A stretch of DNA of 43,096 nucleotides from Kiritimatiellia bacterium (GCA_017996315.1 JAGOHE010000002.1:1-43096); one strand, 5' to 3'. Numbered from the stretch's first letter, positions 8,047-17,188 are shown. Numbers and translations are program-made. Notes: generated by a model from the sequence alone, not told the origin.

Positions 8047-9951
8047 TTAGTTGGCGGTTCGGATGTGTTGGCTTTCCTCTTCCTCCTGCTGGGCTTTCTC
8101 GAGGTTCGCCTTGAATTCATCCAGCCGCCGGTTGCGGAGTTCGATCGTTTTGCTGGAGGGATTCCAGTGTTTTTCGTAGATCAGCGCGCCGTGCGAGGGG
8201 ATACCGGTTTCGGCGTTCATGTCTTCCGGGTTCGCGATACTGACGGTCACGAAGATTAGCGTTTCATCCTGAACCTTTTCCGTGTTGTGGTGGGAGAACA
8301 GGTAACGCCCGATGATCGGGATGTCGCCCAGCAGCGGAATCTTCTTAACCGTCTCGCGGTCGTCCGTTGAGGTCAATCCGCCGATGGCGACGGTTTGTCC
8401 GCTCTGGATCACGAACTCGCTGGTGACCTTGCGCGTGGCGAGGATGGGGAAGGTCAAGCCCGGCTGCGGCTCGATCAGGCCGACCTGGCGGTTGAGTTCC
8501 GGCTCGATATTGACGGTGATGTTCTCCTCGGTGTTCACCACCGGCTGCACACCGACCTTGGTTCCGATTTCAATCCACTCGGGATCTCCGTACTCGTAGC
8601 TGACGTCGGTCGTGCCGCCTGTTGTAGACGTAGTCCGTTTGACGATATTGGGACGACGCTGGCCGATATGGATGTTGGCTTTCTCGCCGCTCGACACCAC
8701 GACTTTGGGATTGGTGACGATCTCCACGCCGGCATTCTCCTGCAGCGCGCTGAGGGTGAGCGCAAAGGTGTCGGCGGACAACACGGTCGAGGTGAACACC
8801 GACTTGAGCGCCTGGTCAATGACGTTTCTATGGGTTTCTTTCGTGTCGGTTCGGGTTAACGTATCTGTGGAGCTGTCGTCCACACCCGTACCCGAGGACG
8901 ATAGTCGTGTCGCGACGGAGGAGGTGCTGTCGAGGGCGACGGGGAAGGGCGTCATGGAAGCCGGTTCCTCTTCCGTGGCTTCCTGATAGGTGGTGGTGTT
9001 CCGGCCCGTATATACCAGCCGGTTGATGGCGCGCTGCGGATCTTCGGCGCTGACGGTGTATCCTCTCAGCACGGACCAGTTCAAGCCGAGGTTGCGGATG
9101 GCTTCCTCATTGAGTTCCACGAATTTTGCTTCGATGGCCACCTGTGGGATCATCCGGTCGAGGGATTCAACCAAGCCCCTGATTTTCTCGATCTGAGCCA
9201 CGGAGGCATGAACGGCCAGATTCCGTCCGCTGGCCTGTAGAATGGCGCCGTTGGGTGCAATCAGGCGGGAGACCCCGTTGGAGAGCGTTTCCGCGCGCGC
9301 GTATTTCAGCTGGAAGGTCTCCGTGTACAGGGGCACAGCGGCCGCGGCCCTTGGCGGGGAGATGGAGTAGATCTGCGAGCCCGGCTCGGATTCCATAAGC
9401 TCGAGGTCATGCATCGAAAGAATCTGGCTTAACGCGCTCCTCCAGGGCACATCCTTAAGATTGACCGAAACCCGGCCGGTGAGTTGCGTCGGCGAGGCCA
9501 CGATATTCGCTCCGGACATGCGCATGAACAGGGTTACCACATCGGATAGCGGGACATCCGTCAGCGCCAGCGTGACCATATCTTCCTTGATGACCTGCGA
9601 TTCATCCACCGGAACCAAGGGAATCTGATCGACACCGGTGGAAGTTATGGCCTCCGGGGGCGGGCCTTCTTCGGCGACCTCTGTGGGCGCCACTGGAACG
9701 CTGTCGCTTTCCAGTTCCGCCTCCACTTCGGCCATGGCCTCCTCCATCAGGGGTTCCGCGGGCGCATCGCCTGCCATTTCGGGAGTCGTTTCGGGAATCA
9801 TGTCGGGAACGAGTTCCTCCCCGGCCGGCGGGAGCATCCCGGGTTCCTCCGCGAAGGCAGAGGGCGTTCGGGCCACGACTTGAGACCACACAAAACTGGC
9901 AGCGAATGATATCGCGGCCAAATAGGCCAAAGTCAGCATTGCCTTTTTCAT
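8047..9951 (-). CDS. pilQ: secretin (PilQ-like outer-membrane channel)
   Basis: 634 aa. Signal peptide MKKAMLTLAYLAAISFAASF. STN/N0-like segment LTDVPLSDVVTLFMRMSGANIVAS...VSVNLKDVPWRSALSQIL. Secretin core LSALQENAGVEIVTNPKVVVSSGEKANIHIG and KKIPLLGDIPIIGRYLFSHHNTEKVQDETLIFVTVSI. It is the last gene of a pilM-N-O-P-Q-ordered cluster. Confidence 0.85.
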   Translation of the reverse strand: MKKAMLTLAYLAAISFAASFVWSQVVARTPSAFAEEPGMLPPAGEELVPDMIPETTPEMAGDAPAEPLMEEAMAEVEAELESDSVPVAPTEVAEEGPPPEAITSTGVDQIPLVPVDESQVIKEDMVTLALTDVPLSDVVTLFMRMSGANIVASPTQLTGRVSVNLKDVPWRSALSQILSMHDLELMESEPGSQIYSISPPRAAAAVPLYTETFQLKYARAETLSNGVSRLIAPNGAILQASGRNLAVHASVAQIEKIRGLVESLDRMIPQVAIEAKFVELNEEAIRNLGLNWSVLRGYTVSAEDPQRAINRLVYTGRNTTTYQEATEEEPASMTPFPVALDSTSSVATRLSSSGTGVDDSSTDTLTRTDTKETHRNVIDQALKSVFTSTVLSADTFALTLSALQENAGVEIVTNPKVVVSSGEKANIHIGQRRPNIVKRTTSTTGGTTDVSYEYGDPEWIEIGTKVGVQPVVNTEENITVNIEPELNRQVGLIEPQPGLTFPILATRKVTSEFVIQSGQTVAIGGLTSTDDRETVKKIPLLGDIPIIGRYLFSHHNTEKVQDETLIFVTVSIANPEDMNAETGIPSHGALIYEKHWNPSSKTIELRNRRLDEFKANLEKAQQEEEESQHIRTAN

Positions 9952-9955
9952 ATTG

Positions 9956-10369
9956 TCATCTTCCTTTGTTCGTTGGGGATGAATCCGGACCTACGCCCTC
10001 TTTGGATAGGCTCAACCCCCTATCGTCAATCTTGAGAATTCTAAACCGATACAGCAGTCCTTTGTAGCTCACGGCCAGAATATCATTTTCCTTGTACAAC
10101 GCACCATCAATCAAGGCCATCGGTCCTCGACCGCCCAATCGGCTCAACCCGGACAGGTTAATCTGCTTCCGGGCACCTTCCCAGTCGGTCTGATGCTCTG
10201 GAACTTGGATTTTTGTTTGAGGCTTAACCTGTTCCCCCGGATGAACGATCCCGCTTTCCACCCGTCCGATCGGCCAGAAAATGTTCCGGGACGGGCGTTC
10301 CGCCCGGCCTCCGCAGGGGATCCCCGCGGCGACGACGCATACGCAACAAACGGCCAGACGGATCTTCAT
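9956..10369 (-). CDS. small periplasmic protein in the PilP position (PilP/GspB-like)
   Basis: 137 aa. Signal peptide MKIRLAVCCVCVVAAGIPCGG, with a possible lipid-modified Cys although the lipobox is non-canonical. The C-terminal beta-rich segment MALIDGALYKENDILAVSYKGLLYRFRILKIDDRGLSL resembles the PilP/GspB C-terminus. ATGA overlap with the upstream gene. Confidence 0.45.
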   Translation of the reverse strand: MKIRLAVCCVCVVAAGIPCGGRAERPSRNIFWPIGRVESGIVHPGEQVKPQTKIQVPEHQTDWEGARKQINLSGLSRLGGRGPMALIDGALYKENDILAVSYKGLLYRFRILKIDDRGLSLSKEGVGPDSSPTNKGR

Positions 10370-11091
10370 GGCTTGGATGAATCCTCTGTTTCTTCAGTAA
10401 GCAAGAATTCGGCCAAATTCGAATCCAGATTTCCAGAATGTCGAGGCCACTCGATAATCACCTGAGCCCGCTGGGCATCTCCGGAGGGTCCGGCATTGGC
10501 CACATCGATGCGAATGATGGACAAATACGGGTTGGCGTTCTGCAGATCCTGAGCCAGTTCAACGATGTCGCGAAAATCGCCCACGACCGAGCAGGAAATG
10601 CGATAAGGTCCAAAACGTTTCGGGCGGGGGGGGGCCACTGTTTTGGATTTGGCCAGCGAATCGGCGGCGGGGGCCGCGGCTTTTTCGGCCACGGATTTGG
10701 ATTCAGGCGCCCGCACCCACGTGGGCCGGGCCATGGTGAGTTCTCCAACGGTGTCCAGCGTAAGCCCCCCCCGGGATCGAATCGCCGCATCCAGCACACC
10801 GTTGGCCCAGAGGAGCGCGTTGTCGGCCGGGGCGATCATTTGATTCAACTGGAGACGCAAATCAGATCGCAGCTCCAGGCTTCTCCGCTTCATTTCCGGA
10901 GCCTGAGCCTGAAGTTGCCGGGCTTTTTGGATGGTGGAAATCAATTCCCTGTGTGTCCGGGATTTTTCGGCGCGAGCAGCCATCCACGGGGTCCACAAAA
11001 AGATATAGATCAGGACGATGACCCCGAGCGCCGCCAGGGCTCCCAGAAGGGCCAGTTGCTTCTGTTGTCGGGTCATGGGGGGCTTGCTCAT
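10366..11091 (-). CDS. bitopic membrane protein in the PilO position (PilO-like)
   Basis: 241 aa with one N-terminal TM (LALLGALAALGVIVLIYIFLW), a coiled coil, then the C-terminal domain YRISCSVVGDFRDIVELAQDLQNANPYLSIIRIDV. ATGA overlaps on both sides. Assignment rests on position and topology. Confidence 0.5.
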   Translation of the reverse strand: MSKPPMTRQQKQLALLGALAALGVIVLIYIFLWTPWMAARAEKSRTHRELISTIQKARQLQAQAPEMKRRSLELRSDLRLQLNQMIAPADNALLWANGVLDAAIRSRGGLTLDTVGELTMARPTWVRAPESKSVAEKAAAPAADSLAKSKTVAPPRPKRFGPYRISCSVVGDFRDIVELAQDLQNANPYLSIIRIDVANAGPSGDAQRAQVIIEWPRHSGNLDSNLAEFLLTEETEDSSKP

Positions 11092-11756
11092 GGGAAATCT
11101 CGCTGGGTTCCCCGGGCCTCGATATCGAATTCTCGAAGATCGGCTGCGGTCGGATCCGTGCCCGGAGCGGAAGGGGCTTGAAACGCCCGAAGTTCCACTG
11201 CGCTAAAAAAGAGATTCGTTCCGCCACCCGCGTCGGATGGCAGGGCATAGCTGGAAATTCGGGAGATCAGCCCTTCCACCAGTTCCTGCGCGTTGTTTCC
11301 CCGGACGCGTCCGGCCAGCCGCATGCGCAGGGCGCGAGACACCTTTGGATTGGTCTTGGATGCTCCGGGCGCCTTGTCATCGGTCATGAAATCATCATCC
11401 CAGCTCAGTCGGATGACCTGGATGGCGTCCGGGACGGTCTCCTGCACGAAATGCAACAGATGCACAGCATCCAGTCGCGCGCGATTCCAGGAATCAAGCT
11501 CCTGCCGGTATGCTTCCGCGCTGCCGAGCCGGGTGGCCAGCTTTTCATTGGTCTGGTTTCGGGTTTTAATCAGGCTCCATTCCCGCTCGGCCATCTGGCT
11601 ATCGCGCGCGCTCATCCGCTCCGACACGATCCACTGGATGGCCGCCAACACCAACAGCCCTCCGACCAGGGCCAACACCGACCGGACGAGAAACGGGGTC
11701 CGAACCGGCCCCTGGGTTCTTCGTTCATCATCGCGCAGCAGGTTGATGGCTTGCAT
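11088..11756 (-). CDS. PilN-like pilus/secretion alignment protein
   Basis: ORF 11088..11789, with the start placed at ATG 11756 (MQAINLLRDDERR...), which matches the PilN N-terminal INLLP-type motif. One TM (VRSVLALVGGLLVLAAIQWIV) followed by a coiled coil. Confidence 0.6.
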   Translation of the reverse strand: MQAINLLRDDERRTQGPVRTPFLVRSVLALVGGLLVLAAIQWIVSERMSARDSQMAEREWSLIKTRNQTNEKLATRLGSAEAYRQELDSWNRARLDAVHLLHFVQETVPDAIQVIRLSWDDDFMTDDKAPGASKTNPKVSRALRMRLAGRVRGNNAQELVEGLISRISSYALPSDAGGGTNLFFSAVELRAFQAPSAPGTDPTAADLREFDIEARGTQRDFP

Positions 11757-11772
11757 CGGCAATATCCTGGTC

Positions 11773-12783
11773 CTATTTCCTTCGCACATAGCCCAGACAC
11801 GCGCCTACCGCCGCCGCGAGCCGGATTTTCTGGTCTCGAATCTCCACCGGCCATCCGTCCGCGGGCGGTTGCACATGGCGAAACGGATCCCACTCATCCG
11901 GATCGATTCCGAAAATCTGCGACATCGCCTGTTTCCAGTACGGATTGAGCGACAAGGCGCCGGAGAGGCAGAAGCGGGTGATCCGCGTGTTCAGTTCCCG
12001 TTCCACGAAGTCCCGGGCCAGCGCGATCTGACGGAACGTATAATCCAGCACCTCCTGCATCACGCCGGAAATGTCGATCGACTGGCCCGAGGTGATTGCG
12101 AGGGCGGTTTCGTGATCGACTTCGAGCCGCCGCATGACCGCGTCCACCACGATATCGCTGCCCGTGTCCGACTTCCGGATCAGGGCGGGCTGTCCATGGT
12201 GCACGAAACTGATGAAGGATGAGCGCGATCCGGTGTCGATGAGGCACACGGTCTCCCCGGTTCGCTCGCCGGCATAGGCATCCAGGAAGGCGCGAAGCGT
12301 ACACATGGCGCTGAGCTCATACCCGCAAACGGCGGGAGATCCCGATGCAAAGCGTTTCAACACCGTCGCAATCTCCGATTCCGGCGCCGCCACCGCCACC
12401 AGGCGCGATTCGGATGCGCCCTCGAGCCGCGCGGCTCCGAACCGGAAACCGGAAGCCAGGCCGAACTGCTCGCGCAGATAGCGGGTGAGTTCCTCCGGGG
12501 GAAGCGGCCACTGGGATGGCGCGTTCACCATGCGCAGGAGATTCTTTTCGCTCCCGGACGCGCAGGCGACATACTTGGCCCGCAGCGACGGCGGCAACTC
12601 CGGGACTTCGACGATTCCGTCCGTCGGCGGGGTGGGCAGGATGGCCGCTCCAACGGCTTTTAGTCCCGACCGCGTGGATTCCATGTGTACGGCCTTCACT
12701 CCGGTATATCCGAAGTCCAGCCCCACCACATCGGTGCAGGACCACCTCGCCGAATTCCTGCCCAGCAACCAGCTAAAATTCAT
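11773..12783 (-). CDS. pilM: PilM-like actin-fold ATPase-like assembly protein
   Basis: 336 aa. Phosphate-1-like VVGLDFGYTGVKAVHM, phosphate-2-like CLIDTGSRSSFISFVHHG, and C-terminal ITRFCLSGALSLNPYWKQAMSQIFG. First gene of the M-N-O-P-Q cluster. Confidence 0.8.
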   Translation of the reverse strand: MNFSWLLGRNSARWSCTDVVGLDFGYTGVKAVHMESTRSGLKAVGAAILPTPPTDGIVEVPELPPSLRAKYVACASGSEKNLLRMVNAPSQWPLPPEELTRYLREQFGLASGFRFGAARLEGASESRLVAVAAPESEIATVLKRFASGSPAVCGYELSAMCTLRAFLDAYAGERTGETVCLIDTGSRSSFISFVHHGQPALIRKSDTGSDIVVDAVMRRLEVDHETALAITSGQSIDISGVMQEVLDYTFRQIALARDFVERELNTRITRFCLSGALSLNPYWKQAMSQIFGIDPDEWDPFRHVQPPADGWPVEIRDQKIRLAAAVGACLGYVRRK

Positions 12784-12911
12784 GGGTTCTCCTCAAACCC
12801 CGATGCGCGGTGCAGCGCATTCTCCGGTCGTCGCATTCTTCGAACAACATCGAAGTCTCCAGTGAAGTGCGAGCATGTAGTGTGCCAAATTTTCGCCAAT
12901 TTCCATCGGAC

Positions 12912-13394
12912 TCAATACGGGTGTTCCCGAATATGGGCCCGGAAGAGCGCGCGCGAGATCATCAGCTCAAATGCCATGAAGGCGGCGGACAACAGAACCA
13001 GCGCGACCCAGGATAGGCCCATCGCGCGCCGGACAAGGAGCAGCGGAATCGCCACCTCCGGTATCTGGTCCAGACCGAGCGCCCGGCTTCCGGCGGGCCG
13101 GCCCATCCGGCGCTTGATGAAGCTGGACAGCAGATCTCCCGCCATGGCCCCCGCCGCGATGCGGAACCCGAGCTCGGGAAATAAACCCGCGGACCAGCCG
13201 ATCAGCGGAGTGAGCGCGAGGGAAAGAACCACGCCCCGAAGGGTCTTGGAAGGACCGAAAATAGGCCGTCCGTCCGGAAAGCGTCGCCCGCCATCCAGCG
13301 GCCAGGCGCCGCGATTCCGCCACAGGGCGTGCGCCAGCAGGGGTATGGCATTGGCGGCGCAAACCAGCAGGAACACCAGGAGGACGTTTCGCAT
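12912..13394 (-). CDS. CDP-archaeol synthase family (CarS-like/DUF46) membrane protein
   Basis: ORF 12912..13466, with the start placed at ATG 13394 (MRNVLLVFLLVCAANAIPLL...). Family-like motifs AANAIPLL...WPLDGGRRFPDGRPIFGPSKTLRGV and AGDLLSSFIKRRMGRPAG...LDQIPE, with about 5 TM helices. Confidence 0.65.
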   Translation of the reverse strand: MRNVLLVFLLVCAANAIPLLAHALWRNRGAWPLDGGRRFPDGRPIFGPSKTLRGVVLSLALTPLIGWSAGLFPELGFRIAAGAMAGDLLSSFIKRRMGRPAGSRALGLDQIPEVAIPLLLVRRAMGLSWVALVLLSAAFMAFELMISRALFRAHIREHPY

Positions 13395-13475
13395 GACACC
13401 CGTACCGTGCCTCATGTACGGGATGGGATCAAGTGCGGGGTTGAAGGAATGTGTCTCCGGGATCATACTCTGCGC

Positions 13476-14489
13476 ATGCGTTCCATCCTGTATCGGCTGT
13501 GGCTATGGGGCTGGGTTGCCGGCCTCGGTTCGGCGGCGGCGTTCGCGGAATCCATTCCGCTCGACGGCTTCGCCGCCACCGTCAACGACCGTGTGATCAC
13601 CATCGGAGAAGTCTTTGCCGAGGCATCGCGCATGGACCGGCTGGCGCTGGAGGAGGCGGTTGATCGCACCGAGCAGGAACTCCGGCTGCGGGAGAACTAC
13701 CGTCAGGCCCTGAAGCGACTCCTTGAGCAGGCGCTGTTGATCGAGGAAGTTCAGCGGCGGCAGGAGGCCAAGCCGGAGTTTGTATTTCCCGAAACCCTCG
13801 TGGAGAATCAAATCCAATCCACAATTCACGAGCAGTTTGACGATCGCCGGGACTTGTTCATCCAGGCCCTCGCGGAAGATGGCATGACGTTGGATGACTT
13901 TCGCATCCGGATTCGGGACCGGATCGGCGTTTCGCAACTCATGCGCGACGAAGTCTATTCGCGCATGCTCCTGCCGCTGTCCCGGGTGCGCGAGGAATAT
14001 GCGCGGCGCCGCACCCAATACACCCAGCCGGAGGAAGTGCGGGTGCGTGTGATCATGCTGCAACGCGGCGCGACCGAGTCCGAAACGGAGATCAAACGCG
14101 AACAGGCCCATCGCGCGCACCAGCGCCTCGTGGGCGGCGAATCCTTCGAATCCGTGGCTCGCGCGGTGTCCCAGGGATATGGCGCGGATGCCGGCGGCGA
14201 CATGGGCTGGAGAAAACCCGGCGAACTGAACGCGCAGATTCGCGACGCGCTCAAGGGCATGGACATGGGCCAGTTCAGCGATGTACTGGAGAGTCCGGAC
14301 GGATTCCACATCGTCCAGCTCGCCGGACGGCGCGAAGAATCCATCCGCACATTCGAGTCGGTGCGCGACGAGCTCGAGAAGGAATTGAAGGAGCAGGAGG
14401 AGGACCGGTTGCGACGGGAGCTGATCACCCGGCTGCGCGTCCGGCACTTCGTCCGCGTGCTCGCGCCGGAGCGTCCGGAGAACCCATGA
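13476..14489 (+). CDS. surA: periplasmic chaperone / parvulin-type peptidyl-prolyl isomerase (SurA-like)
   Basis: ORF 13329..14489, with the start placed at ATG 13476 (MRSILYRLWLWGWVAGLGSAAAFA, signal peptide). SurA N-domain-like ATVNDRVITIGEV. Parvulin domain GGDMGWRKPGELNAQIRDALKGMDMGQFSDVLESPDGFHIVQL. Followed by pdxA-rsmA, as in the E. coli surA-pdxA-rsmA operon. Confidence 0.8.
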   Translation: MRSILYRLWLWGWVAGLGSAAAFAESIPLDGFAATVNDRVITIGEVFAEASRMDRLALEEAVDRTEQELRLRENYRQALKRLLEQALLIEEVQRRQEAKPEFVFPETLVENQIQSTIHEQFDDRRDLFIQALAEDGMTLDDFRIRIRDRIGVSQLMRDEVYSRMLLPLSRVREEYARRRTQYTQPEEVRVRVIMLQRGATESETEIKREQAHRAHQRLVGGESFESVARAVSQGYGADAGGDMGWRKPGELNAQIRDALKGMDMGQFSDVLESPDGFHIVQLAGRREESIRTFESVRDELEKELKEQEEDRLRRELITRLRVRHFVRVLAPERPENP

Positions 14490-15493
14490 CCCTCGTACGC
14501 CGCATCGGCATCAGCATGGGGGATGTCAACGGCGTGGGTCCCGAAGTCGCGTTGCTCGCCGCCCACGCACTCGCATCGGCTCGCGTCGAGTGGACCCTCG
14601 TGGGTTCCGCGCGAGTCGCTGAAATAGTCGCCGACACCTTGCGCCTCCCGCCGCCCCGGCGGATTTCAGGCTTGGACACTCCGCCCCGCGCCGGGACGTT
14701 CACCCTCTGGTCGCCCCCGGGGGCGCCGGAACCGCGCTTCCATCCCGGAGTGTCCACCGTAACCGCCGCCCGCGCCGCCTACTCCTGGATTCAGGCGGCC
14801 ACGGATGCGGCCGGCGCGGGTCGGCTGGACGCCCTCGTTACCGCTCCCATCCACAAGGCGGGCTTCCATCGCGCCGGCTTGCCCGCGCAGGGGCATACGG
14901 AAATTATCGCCGGACGCCTCGGCATCCGGAAGTATGGCATGCTCCTGTCCGGCGGCGGATTGCGCGTGATGCTGGCCACCCGCCATCTTCCCCTCGCGCG
15001 GGTTCCGCGCGCGATCACACCCGCTCTGCTGCGCGAACAACTGGCGCTTCTGCACGACTCGCTTCCCTGGCTGGGCGTTCGCGGACCCGGACGCATCGCC
15101 GTCGCGGGACTCAATCCGCACGCCGGCGACGGCGGCGCGCTGGGACGCGAGGAAGAGGACATCATCGCACCGGTGGTGCGCGCCGCGCGGCGGCGGCGCT
15201 GGAATGTCATCGGCCCGATGGCGGGCGACACCGTATTCCATTTTGCCCGCACCGGCGGCGCCGATGCGGTGCTGGCCATGTATCACGACCAGGGGCTCGC
15301 CGCGCTGAAAACCGTCGCCTTCGACGAAGGCGTCAATATCACCCTCGGTCTGCCCATCGTGCGCACCTCGCCCGACCACGGGACGGCGTTCGAGATCGCG
15401 GGGCGGGCTGCGGCGCGCCCCCACAGCATGATCGCCGCCCTGCGCTGCGCGGATGAACTGTCCCGGCGTCCGAATCCGTGGGCCCGCCGGTGA
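14486..15493 (+). CDS. pdxA: 4-hydroxythreonine-4-phosphate dehydrogenase
   Basis: 335 aa with IGISMGDVNGVGPEV, GHTEIIA, GLNPHAGDGG, MYHDQGL and RTSPDHGTAFEIAG. ATGA overlap with the surA stop. Confidence 0.9.
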   Translation: MTLVRRIGISMGDVNGVGPEVALLAAHALASARVEWTLVGSARVAEIVADTLRLPPPRRISGLDTPPRAGTFTLWSPPGAPEPRFHPGVSTVTAARAAYSWIQAATDAAGAGRLDALVTAPIHKAGFHRAGLPAQGHTEIIAGRLGIRKYGMLLSGGGLRVMLATRHLPLARVPRAITPALLREQLALLHDSLPWLGVRGPGRIAVAGLNPHAGDGGALGREEEDIIAPVVRAARRRRWNVIGPMAGDTVFHFARTGGADAVLAMYHDQGLAALKTVAFDEGVNITLGLPIVRTSPDHGTAFEIAGRAAARPHSMIAALRCADELSRRPNPWARR

Positions 15494-16377
15494 ACGCCAC
15501 ACGACCGAGCGAACTGCGGGCCATGCTCGCGGAACGCGGGATTCATCCGTCCCGTTCGCTGGGCCAGAATTTTCTCGTGGACGCCAATATCGTCCGCATC
15601 ATCGCCGAAGCCGCGGGCGCGGGTTCCGGCGATACGGTGCTGGAAATCGGCCCCGGCGCCGGCGCGCTCACCGAAGCGCTCCTTGCTGGAGCCGGCCGGG
15701 TGATCGCCGTGGAGTACGATCATCGGCTGGCCGCCTGGTTGCGGGATCGGTACGCGGGGGAATCACGTCTGGAGTTGTTGGAAGGCGACGCGCTGGCGAT
15801 CGGAGTTCCCGGTCTGCTCGCCCGCGGATGCGGAATCTTCGCCTCCAACCTGCCATACGCTTCCGGCACCCGGATGCTGGTCGAGGCCATGCACGCCCCG
15901 ATGGCGCCCCGCCGGATTGTGGTGACCGTCCAGACCGAGGTGGCGGACCGGTTGCTGGCCGCGCCGGGCGATCCGGCGTGGGGATTGCTCGGTTTGTGGA
16001 CTTCCCGCGTGTACGCGGCGGAGAGGATTCATCGGGTGCCCGCGCGCTGCTTCTGGCCGAAGCCGGAGGTCGAATCCTGCGTGGTCCGATTGGAACGTCT
16101 GCCGACACCCCGCGCGGAAGTGGATTCCGTGCCCCGCTTCGTATCCGTCTCGCGCCAGCTCATGGGACATCGCCGCAAACAACTCCGCCGCGCGCTTCGG
16201 GACTTGCCGGGGGGGCAGGACCGCTGGCCGGCGAGCGAGTCCGCGAGCCGCTGGCTGGAGCGGATCGCCCTCGACCCGACGATTCGCCCGGAATCGCTGA
16301 CGCTGGACCAGTGGGCCGTGCTATCGAACGCGCTGTCGGATCTTCCTTCGGCGGACGGGGGAGAACCCGACGCATGA
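15478..16377 (+). CDS. rsmA: 16S rRNA (adenine1518/1519-N6)-dimethyltransferase
   Basis: SLGQNFLVD, SAM motif VLEIGPGAGALT, and SNLPY. The start is GTG 15478 or GTG 15490; the latter forms a GTGA overlap with the pdxA stop. Confidence 0.9.
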   Translation: MGPPVNATRPSELRAMLAERGIHPSRSLGQNFLVDANIVRIIAEAAGAGSGDTVLEIGPGAGALTEALLAGAGRVIAVEYDHRLAAWLRDRYAGESRLELLEGDALAIGVPGLLARGCGIFASNLPYASGTRMLVEAMHAPMAPRRIVVTVQTEVADRLLAAPGDPAWGLLGLWTSRVYAAERIHRVPARCFWPKPEVESCVVRLERLPTPRAEVDSVPRFVSVSRQLMGHRRKQLRRALRDLPGGQDRWPASESASRWLERIALDPTIRPESLTLDQWAVLSNALSDLPSADGGEPDA

Positions 16378-17165
16378 CCACGCCCGTCCTCTTCGATTCG
16401 CACGCGCATCTGGATCAACTCCCGGACGATGAACTTCTGGCTGTGCTCCAACGCGCGCGCGCGTCGGGAGTGGGCCGCATCCTCGCCATTGGCGGCGCAC
16501 CCGCGGCCAACGCGCGGTCCGTGGAGATCGCCCGGCGGCATCCGGAATTCGTCCACGCCGCCGCCGGATATGACCGGATCTTCGCGGGCGCCGCCCCGGA
16601 CCTCGCGGCGCTCGATGTCTGGCTGGCCGATCCTTCGGTCCGGGCCGTGGGCGAATGCGGACTGGACTACCACTACGGCCTCGACTCCGCCTCCGCGCAG
16701 CGGGAACTCTTTCTCGAAATGACCCGCCTCGCCGCGCGGCATGCCTTGCCCCTCGTGGTCCACAGCCGCGAAGCCGACGACGATACGCTGGCCATGCTGC
16801 GCGAAGCCGCCGCGGCGCATCCGGATCCCGCGCGCCTCGGCGTTCTGCATTGTTTCACCGGCGGACTCGATTTTGCCCGCCGGCTGCTGGATGCGGGGTT
16901 GTTCCTCAGCTTCAGCGGAATCGTCACGTTCCGAACAGCGGCCGCCCTGCGCGAAGTGGCCCGGTTCGTCCCCGCCGACCGGCTGCTGATCGAAACCGAC
17001 GCGCCGTATCTTTCCCCTGAACCCCTGCGCGGCCGGACCAACGAACCGGCGCATCTGCCGCACACCGCGGAATGTATCGCCCGGGAACGCGGCGTTTCAC
17101 CGGACCGGCTGGCGGAAGACACCACTCGAAACGCCCTCCATCTTTTCGCGCCACGCCGCCCGTAG
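16374..17165 (+). CDS. tatD: TatD-family metal-dependent hydrolase/DNase
   Basis: ATG 16374 overlaps the rsmA stop (ATGA). The track ORF 15453..17165 is a spurious 5' extension. Motifs LFDSHAHL, GECGLDYHY, VVHSREA, VLHCFTG and LIETDAPYL. Confidence 0.9.
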   Translation: MTTPVLFDSHAHLDQLPDDELLAVLQRARASGVGRILAIGGAPAANARSVEIARRHPEFVHAAAGYDRIFAGAAPDLAALDVWLADPSVRAVGECGLDYHYGLDSASAQRELFLEMTRLAARHALPLVVHSREADDDTLAMLREAAAAHPDPARLGVLHCFTGGLDFARRLLDAGLFLSFSGIVTFRTAAALREVARFVPADRLLIETDAPYLSPEPLRGRTNEPAHLPHTAECIARERGVSPDRLAEDTTRNALHLFAPRRP

Positions 17166-17188
17166 CGGCAAAATGCTATACTGCCGCC

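Noticed and set aside
15453-16373. The 5' part of the 570-aa ORF 15453..17165, which looks like a large N-terminal domain on TatD
   Set aside because: The extension overlaps rsmA in another frame and is Arg/Gly/Pro-rich. An ATG at 16374 forms an ATGA junction with the rsmA stop and gives a normal 263-aa TatD.
13503-17063. Minus-strand ORFs 13503..14447, 14666..15502 and 16029..17063 opposite surA, pdxA and tatD
   Set aside because: Each lies antisense to a gene with strong motifs, and none has a plausible start context or any domain signature.
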